Shown here one piece after another: positions 16,350 through 21,635 of a stretch of 21,635 nucleotides of DNA. The position numbers and the translations under genes were made by a program. The notes under the pieces were generated by a model, which ran no database searches, had not been told where the DNA came from, and saw only the letters and a program-made list of their open reading frames with translations. Within the stretch, counting starts at the first letter, position 1. Every line of letters starts with the position of its first letter. Location: sequence record MT446416.1, one strand, 5' to 3'.

Positions 16350-16883
16350 TTAAAACCACGAGTTTTTTGGATGAGAAATTAAGCACAGTGAAATATTATG
16401 ACCTATATCTGAATCATCAGTAATACTACCACCAACCATATGAACAACATTTTTAATAATTTTAAAATCTACATCTTCAATAATTTTAAAATCTACATCT
16501 TCAATATCATGATACATTAAATGTTCTTCAATATTACTTACTAGTAATGAATTACCATTTCCGGCATCGAATTCAAAAATGAAAAGTTCTACACAATCTT
16601 CTTCTTTCATTTCAATAGTATCACTGAGTTTAATATACTCATTTTTTACTTGTTCAATATTTTCATGAGAACCAAAACTATAACGAGAACTGATATAACT
16701 ACTACCGTCTAACCATCCCATATCCCAATGTTCTTCTGACATGTATTCGGAGCTATAGAAATCAGTCAAATCATCTCTCTGAGTACAAACAGTAAGAGAA
16801 CGAACATTACTAAGACCTTGAACTTCAAGATTCAGTACTGTAGTATTGCCTATTTTTTGTTCAGAAATAATTTTAGTTTTCAT
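16350..16883 (-). CDS. Hypothetical acidic protein (possibly the 5' part of a frameshifted gene)
   Basis: 177-aa ORF containing an in-frame 24-nt duplication. Confidence 0.75.
   Translation of the reverse strand: MKTKIISEQKIGNTTVLNLEVQGLSNVRSLTVCTQRDDLTDFYSSEYMSEEHWDMGWLDGSSYISSRYSFGSHENIEQVKNEYIKLSDTIEMKEEDCVELFIFEFDAGNGNSLLVSNIEEHLMYHDIEDVDFKIIEDVDFKIIKNVVHMVGGSITDDSDIGHNISLCLISHPKNSWF
16455..16502. repeat. Perfect 24-nt tandem duplication (EDVDFKII x2)
   Basis: aataattttaaaatctacatcttc repeated twice. Confidence 0.97.
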
Positions 16884-16894
16884 TAAAAAAAAAC

Positions 16895-17734
16895 CTATTG
16901 AATTGATTTACGCCATTTGGCTAGTTTAACATTCATGTAAGTAAGGAACTCACGTTCCATCTCTTCTGGACTCATATTATCGCATTGCAAAGCGAACATG
17001 TCAAGTGCACAAATGCAAAGATCTACAGCTTCACCTTTGACACCATCTTTACCTGCTTCTTTATATGATAACCCATCACGGATGTTCATTTCAAGTGTCA
17101 TTTCACCAAGTTCTTCATTTATTTTACGAAGAACATAATCATCAGTTCTTGACGCATCGAAACCTTTAGCACCAAGCATTGAACTCATTTGGAACATATT
17201 ATTCAGTGCTGGTTGGCTGAAATCAATATCATTGATATTAGTAAGAGTTCTTCCCCAAGTAGGATTGGTATTGTATGGTGAAAGTTCTAAGTCAACAGAA
17301 TCAGTTAATTCAACATTTGTGGTCTTACTATTGAAATCATTAATTGCTTTAAGTTCATTCTTAGAACAACAATCTTTGAAATTATTAATATCTAAATCAT
17401 ATCGTTGAAGTGCTTGCTGTAATTCATCAATCCTACGTTGGTGCTTATCAGTATCTTTATGATTCTTATAAGCATATGCTAGACGATAAATCAATAGACG
17501 AACTTCACCTGCTTTGGTGATAGTATAGGTATGTGTTGCATTATCATAATCACTTTCCCATTTCTGACCAGCATATTCATACCAAAGTTCATTAGTTTCC
17601 CATTTAATGAAATCGAATTCTAACAAACTGTCAATCAACTTAGCCAAATTACCACTGTACTCACGGCTAATGATATTGAAACCACCATTGTACTTTGCAA
17701 GGTACAGAATCTTTTCTTGTGATACATTTTTCAT
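16895..17734 (-). CDS. MazG-like nucleotide pyrophosphohydrolase with extra N-terminal (wHTH-like) domain
   Basis: C-terminal KINEELGEM ... VKGEAVDL (EExxE ... ExxD). N-terminal ...LLEFDFIKW...YTITKAGE resembles a winged-helix end. Confidence 0.7.
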   Translation of the reverse strand: MKNVSQEKILYLAKYNGGFNIISREYSGNLAKLIDSLLEFDFIKWETNELWYEYAGQKWESDYDNATHTYTITKAGEVRLLIYRLAYAYKNHKDTDKHQRRIDELQQALQRYDLDINNFKDCCSKNELKAINDFNSKTTNVELTDSVDLELSPYNTNPTWGRTLTNINDIDFSQPALNNMFQMSSMLGAKGFDASRTDDYVLRKINEELGEMTLEMNIRDGLSYKEAGKDGVKGEAVDLCICALDMFALQCDNMSPEEMEREFLTYMNVKLAKWRKSIQ

Positions 17735-18063
17735 TACATGTAATCCTTAATGTATTTTAGCAGTTTAGATTTCTCTTCGGTACTTAATGATTTCTTGTTC
17801 ATTAAGTGTTTCATTTCTTGACGTTCAATTTCTTCACATCTTTTAGATTCAGCTTCAATTCGTGTATTATATTCTTCGTCAGTTTCTTCTCTGGTCCAAA
17901 TTACATTGTATCCATCGAATCCTCCGTAACCACCGTCTGGTGAAAGACTAATGTATCCCTTGTACTCTGAACGGTACTTATTAAGAGTGTCAATAAAGGT
18001 ATCAATGCCACACTGTTCAATTTCAATATAACCAATCACTACAGCAACTTCAATTTTGTTCAT
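17734..18063 (-). CDS. Hypothetical protein (109 aa)
   Basis: Co-oriented ORF whose stop overlaps the next start. Confidence 0.8.
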   Translation of the reverse strand: MNKIEVAVVIGYIEIEQCGIDTFIDTLNKYRSEYKGYISLSPDGGYGGFDGYNVIWTREETDEEYNTRIEAESKRCEEIERQEMKHLMNKKSLSTEEKSKLLKYIKDYM

Positions 18064-18076
18064 AATATACCTATAT

Positions 18077-18100
18077 AAAAATAGGGAGCATTAGCTCCCT
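18077..18100 (-). terminator. Intrinsic terminator
   Basis: AGGGAGC-TAAT-GCTCCCT followed by ATTTTT. Confidence 0.75.
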
Positions 18101-18648
18101 TTGTATTGATGTTTACGTTTAGTACTGTATTTCCAGCCAGTACTGTGTCTTGTTCTGATATCGTCCCAATACGATGGTAGTGAACGCATCTTACGTCTTC
18201 CACGTATTTCAGGTTCCCCCTCATCCTTCAGTACTGCACAAGCCATACGACGCTCTTGTTGGGTCTTAGGACGTTTGTATCGGGAGTGGTTATGTTTGTA
18301 CATATACGAACGCTTGTGTCGCCATTCAGTGTCACGAGCATTTCGTTTATGCTCCCAGTACTCATTATAGAGTATCATGTATTCACCCATAAGTAAATCA
18401 GGAGATACAAGTAATCCTTTTTCAGTACAAAGATAATAACCTACGAACTTTTCTGGATACATTTCGTAATAGAAACGGTTCTTCCAAAATGTTTCACGAT
18501 TCTTTTTGTTGAATTCAGCTAAATCGAATTTCATCTTACTGTGGAAACGGTCTATACCGTCATGTTCCGCAATGTACTCTAACAGATTATCAATAATCTC
18601 AACTTTACCTGAATCATGGTACAACGTAAATGTTTGGTCAAAAAACAT
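18091..18648 (-). CDS. Hypothetical protein with very basic C-terminus (RPKTQQERR...LPSYWDD...WK...KRKHQYK)
   Basis: 185-aa ORF, strong SD AAAGGAG, own terminator. Confidence 0.88.
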   Translation of the reverse strand: MFFDQTFTLYHDSGKVEIIDNLLEYIAEHDGIDRFHSKMKFDLAEFNKKNRETFWKNRFYYEMYPEKFVGYYLCTEKGLLVSPDLLMGEYMILYNEYWEHKRNARDTEWRHKRSYMYKHNHSRYKRPKTQQERRMACAVLKDEGEPEIRGRRKMRSLPSYWDDIRTRHSTGWKYSTKRKHQYKGS

Positions 18649-18743
18649 ATATTTCTCCTTTAAGTTAAACTAACCTAATGGAATGTCATTCTTCCTTTAC
18701 TACATGTTCTCATGGTTTAATCCTTTTGTCAATATCTAGAAAG

Positions 18744-18770
18744 AAAAAATCCCTGCCAAATGACAGGGAT
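18744..18770 (-). terminator. Intrinsic terminator (or attenuator)
   Basis: ATCCCTGTC-ATTT-GGCAGGGAT followed by TTTTT. Confidence 0.8.
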
Positions 18771-18873
18771 GAAAAACTGAAATAACACATGGAGTTCTTT
18801 TTAAATTAATAAAAAGTATTATTATTCTTATGAAAGTATTTATCATGAACTCCAGTTTATTGCTTCAAATGAA

Positions 18874-19062
18874 TCAATAACCTTTTTGTGCTACTAGCTC
18901 ACGGTATTGAGCACGAGTTAGAACACCTTGTTTACGTAGAGCTTGAAGACTTGTTAGGGTTTCTGCTTTACGTAGTTCGAAAGTACGTTGTTCTTTAGAT
19001 TGAGTAACTTTAACTTTCTTAACTTTAGCTACTGGTTCTTGTTTCTTAGGTTGCTTTGCCAT
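18874..19062 (-). CDS. Small Lys/Arg-rich protein (62 aa), possibly nucleic-acid binding
   Basis: SD AAAGGAG, highly basic sequence, extended -10 upstream. Confidence 0.85.
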   Translation of the reverse strand: MAKQPKKQEPVAKVKKVKVTQSKEQRTFELRKAETLTSLQALRKQGVLTRAQYRELVAQKGY

Positions 19063-19092
19063 GAGTATTTCTCCTTTGTTGTTAACAATATT

Positions 19093-19101
19093 ATTATATC
19101 A
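19093..19101 (-). promoter_or_regulatory. Extended -10 promoter
   Basis: TGA-TATAAT about 30 nt upstream of the ATG at 19062. Confidence 0.6.
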
Positions 19102-19126
19102 TGTATGGGACGAATGTCCCACACAT
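19101..19126 (-). other. Stable hairpin just after the phoH stop, no U-tract
   Basis: ATGTGTGGGAC-ATTC-GTCCCATACAT, 11 bp with one G.U. Confidence 0.7.
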
Positions 19127-19128
19127 TA

Positions 19129-20568
19129 TTACATATTTTCTTCTGCAAATTCTGCTAGTGGTGAACGAACGACACCTTCTAGTTCGATTACACGACAGCC
19201 GTCCCAGTTTTTAAATTTCTCAACAACATATGTTAAGCCGCTGTTAACTGGGCTAATGAATTTACTATCAATCTGTGCCAAGTTTCCAAGAATAATCACT
19301 TTGCAGTTCATGCCAGCACGAGTAAGGATTGTCTTAGCCTGAGCAGGTGTGATGTTCTGAAACTCATCCACAACCAGAATGGTGTTGGTAAATGAACGAC
19401 CGCGAATGAAGTTCAATGCTTTGAACTGAATAACATTACGCTTGATTATTTCCTCAATACTACCTTGTGGTGATGCATCATCTTTATGTAAGAATTCCAA
19501 AGCATCCAATGCAGGGCCACAATGTGGTAGCATTTTTTCCATTTCAGTGCCTGGTAAGAAACCGATTTCGGCCCATTGTGAATCTTGTGGTTTTGAGAAC
19601 ATAATACGGTCGTATTTCTTCTTCTCAAGAACCAATTCAAGTGCAGTCGCAATGGTAATTAGCGTTTTACCAGTACCAGCAGAGCCTAGCAGTACTGTTA
19701 GATGAACATCAGGATCTAGAATACTGTTGATTGCTAGTGCTTGCTGAATATTCTTAGCCTTGATATCCCACACTTTAGCACGTAAAGCAACTGATTGTCC
19801 AACGTCCTGGAATACAAGAATATCTTCTGGTGTTAAAGTACCGTCGTCTTCTTCAATTGCAGATTGACCTTCGTACACAAATAGAACATCAGCATTATCA
19901 TATAGGTAATCACCGATGCAAACATTTTGTGGCATGATATGTTCAATCAAGCTTTTAGGAATGTAGTGATACAAACGGCGACCAACTTGTTCAGATTGGA
20001 TAGACACATCAGTTAGATTGCTATACACATCCCAAAAATCTAGGTCTAGGTGATGTTGACCAATGTGAATCAAATCACTATCACCAATCACGATATCATG
20101 ACGGTAATCTTGAACTTCTACCCCGTAGCTTAGAGCCTTGATACGCATGTTGATATCACGGGTAACAAGTACTGAATCAGTTGCTAATGCTACTAAAATG
20201 ATTTTATCATCTGGTACTGTGCTTTTTAGAAGAGTTTGAACTTTCTCTTCGTCGCCAGTAGTACGAATTAGTGCTTCAGCTTCTTCGCTTGTAATAACAA
20301 ACAATTTGCTTTCAGGACTCATATTAGTATGAACATCGGCAATATTAACACCAGTACTACTAATTTCTTCATGTGATGCATCAGAAAGGATTGCTTCAAT
20401 GTTACGGATTGCAACACGAGCATCACGGGAAACATCCACATTACGACTTTTGATTGAATCCAATTCTTCAAGTACTGTGAACGGTAGAATGATAGCTGCT
20501 CCATCAAAAGCAATGGTAGCATTTGGATCAGATAGTAGTACGTTTGTGTCAATTGTATATTTTTTCAT
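19129..20568 (-). CDS. phoH: PhoH-family ATPase with N-terminal PIN domain (PhoH2-like)
   Basis: PIN motifs IDTNVLL, VLEELD, DDKII, VTRDINMRIKA. Walker A GSAGTGKT, FIRGRSF, VVDEFQN, GNLAQID, RSPLA. Confidence 0.95.
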   Translation of the reverse strand: MKKYTIDTNVLLSDPNATIAFDGAAIILPFTVLEELDSIKSRNVDVSRDARVAIRNIEAILSDASHEEISSTGVNIADVHTNMSPESKLFVITSEEAEALIRTTGDEEKVQTLLKSTVPDDKIILVALATDSVLVTRDINMRIKALSYGVEVQDYRHDIVIGDSDLIHIGQHHLDLDFWDVYSNLTDVSIQSEQVGRRLYHYIPKSLIEHIMPQNVCIGDYLYDNADVLFVYEGQSAIEEDDGTLTPEDILVFQDVGQSVALRAKVWDIKAKNIQQALAINSILDPDVHLTVLLGSAGTGKTLITIATALELVLEKKKYDRIMFSKPQDSQWAEIGFLPGTEMEKMLPHCGPALDALEFLHKDDASPQGSIEEIIKRNVIQFKALNFIRGRSFTNTILVVDEFQNITPAQAKTILTRAGMNCKVIILGNLAQIDSKFISPVNSGLTYVVEKFKNWDGCRVIELEGVVRSPLAEFAEENM

Positions 20569-20571
20569 AAA

Positions 20572-20604
20572 ACATCCTTGAGTTATGAGTACATCCTTGT
20601 ACTC
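20572..20604 (-). promoter_or_regulatory. Tandem CsrA/RsmA-type binding sites in the phoH leader
   Basis: GUACAAGGAUGU in hairpin GAGUACA-AGGA-UGUACUC matches the CsrA SELEX consensus RUACARGGAUGU. A second CAAGGAUGU is the SD. Confidence 0.7.
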
Positions 20605-20629
20605 GACTAATGGTTAGTGACTCGGAATA

Positions 20630-20932
20630 TTACATGCTCGGTTCGTATTCAACATAACATCTTGAACCACGAGCCTTTTCCTCCCAGCATTCCTGGTAAA
20701 CTAGTTGACCAATTGATACTGGATCTCTTGATAACCCATTACGAACTTCACCAGTACTGGTTTTATAAGTAAATGAGCATTTATTTTCATTACATTGACC
20801 TAATCCCGTTACAGTCGCTGTATTGTAATGAATATTATAACGTTTAGTGTTCTCATGATATGAACTGAACCACAGAACACCTATACCTAACAGTGTTGTG
20901 CAAATAAGACTCTTGATATGTGTTGAAATCAT
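20630..20932 (-). CDS. Hypothetical membrane-anchored protein
   Basis: N-terminal hydrophobic helix followed by a Cys-containing soluble domain; ATGA-type overlap upstream. Confidence 0.8.
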   Translation of the reverse strand: MISTHIKSLICTTLLGIGVLWFSSYHENTKRYNIHYNTATVTGLGQCNENKCSFTYKTSTGEVRNGLSRDPVSIGQLVYQECWEEKARGSRCYVEYEPSM

Positions 20933-21249
20933 AGTGCATTAAACCCATTGGTTAAGTAAGTTTCAATATTAACTTTTCCAACTGGATTACTACTATGTAC
21001 ATAGTATTTAAATGGTTCTTTAATATTATGCTCAAACATATAATCAATTAGAAATTTGGCAAAAGTGTATCCAGTTTTCTCATCTGTACTCAAGTCACCC
21101 AAGTCATGGTCAAATGAGACAAATGCTGGAATTCCATTTTTGATTACGTATTCACATGCACTTTCGTAGTCACGACACAATACCATCTCTTGGTCAGGAT
21201 AATATTTTTGATAATCGCGAATATCATCCAAGAACATTGAGTACGACAT
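20929..21249 (-). CDS. Cyclic-phosphate-processing receiver-domain (cREC-like) protein
   Basis: MFLDDIR ... VSFDHDLG ... TGY ... VHSSNPVG motif set. Confidence 0.75.
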   Translation of the reverse strand: MSYSMFLDDIRDYQKYYPDQEMVLCRDYESACEYVIKNGIPAFVSFDHDLGDLSTDEKTGYTFAKFLIDYMFEHNIKEPFKYYVHSSNPVGKVNIETYLTNGFNAL

Positions 21250-21258
21250 TTTAAACTC

Positions 21259-21633
21259 CTATAGATAGCTGATTAGTAAGTTTTCTTTTTGTACAAGATA
21301 CTCCAATTCTTGTTTCGCAGTTCCGATGAAGTTCTGTGTCATAAGATTATTATATCCTGCTTCTCGATTTTGTCCCTTAGAATAACGTGAGATGTGACAT
21401 AAATTTACACCCGCCACCTCTGCACTAGCATGTTTGCCATATGCATAATTATCACGAAGTTTTTTAAGTTCAGCATAAGTCATTTCATAACTATAGCTAT
21501 GGGTGTGTCCCTCTGGAAACAATTCAAGTGATTTTAATGGAGACAGGCGACTTTTGTCAATGATATAGTTCATTTCTTCTTGAACTTCACGCTGTAACGC
21601 ATCTTCTAATGACTTATCAGTACTTTCAACTGT
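21259..21633 (-). CDS. Nudix hydrolase, 5' end off-window
   Basis: Frame is open from the window edge through the annotated ATG at 21573: (G)TVESTDKSLEDALQREVQEEMNY, a Nudix box (REUxEE). Confidence 0.8.
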   Translation of the reverse strand, partial: TVESTDKSLEDALQREVQEEMNYIIDKSRLSPLKSLELFPEGHTHSYSYEMTYAELKKLRDNYAYGKHASAEVAGVNLCHISRYSKGQNREAGYNNLMTQNFIGTAKQELEYLVQKENLLISYL

Positions 21634-21635
21634 TC

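Noticed and set aside
18704-18732. Perfect TTGACA as a sigma70 promoter
   Set aside because: No acceptable -10 at 16-19 nt spacing (GAACAT at 17).
3748-19705. All plus-strand ORFs in the track (3748, 8419, 8755, 9123, 11395, 11677, 14889, 15506, 15646, 15836, 19061, 19442)
   Set aside because: Short antisense shadows of well-supported minus-strand genes or of the intron; no recognisable motifs or SDs.
19446-20581. Alternate-frame ORFs inside phoH (19446..19652, 20319..20552, 20399..20581)
   Set aside because: Nested in a conserved gene with no independent signals.
20630-20932. Spanin or holin call for the membrane protein
   Set aside because: No coiled-coil periplasmic domain, nested lipoprotein or adjacent endolysin.
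1-21635. tRNA, rRNA, CRISPR array, integrase or IS element
   Set aside because: No cloverleaf, no regularly spaced repeats (AGTACT spacing is irregular), and no transposase or integrase motifs seen.

Overview
A 21.6 kb AT-rich segment of a large (jumbo-type) tailed phage. Every credible gene is on the minus strand. The GrcA gene, FNR box and CsrA-type sites suggest a facultatively anaerobic gammaproteobacterial host, and the T4-like late-promoter motifs suggest a T4-related jumbo myophage (both inference). In transcription order (right to left): a 5'-truncated Nudix hydrolase, a cyclic-phosphate-processing receiver-like protein, a membrane protein and PIN-PhoH; then about 18 small accessory genes (basic proteins, wHTH-MazG fusion, a possibly frameshifted WGR-domain gene, lipoprotein, deaminase, HrgC-like protein); then a terminator-bracketed anaerobic nucleotide module (FNR-type promoter, nrdD split by a 1173-nt group I intron carrying a GIY-YIG endonuclease, grcA, DUF4326, a free-standing Zn-repeat/Vsr-like endonuclease, nrdG); then three paralogous tail-like structural genes and two tandem paralogous hypothetical genes. 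The most unusual signals are: (1) the palindrome AGTACT, often CAGTACTG, iterated about 52 times by hand count against about 7 expected, and absent from both homing-endonuclease insertions; (2) apparent use of host global regulators, with a perfect FNR box at about -41.5 of nrdD and a perfect CsrA SELEX-consensus hairpin in the phoH leader; (3) a fully resolvable nrdD intron; (4) both endonuclease genes having an RBS-sequestering hairpin with a late-promoter-like octamer. All counts and foldings were done by eye and need computational confirmation.
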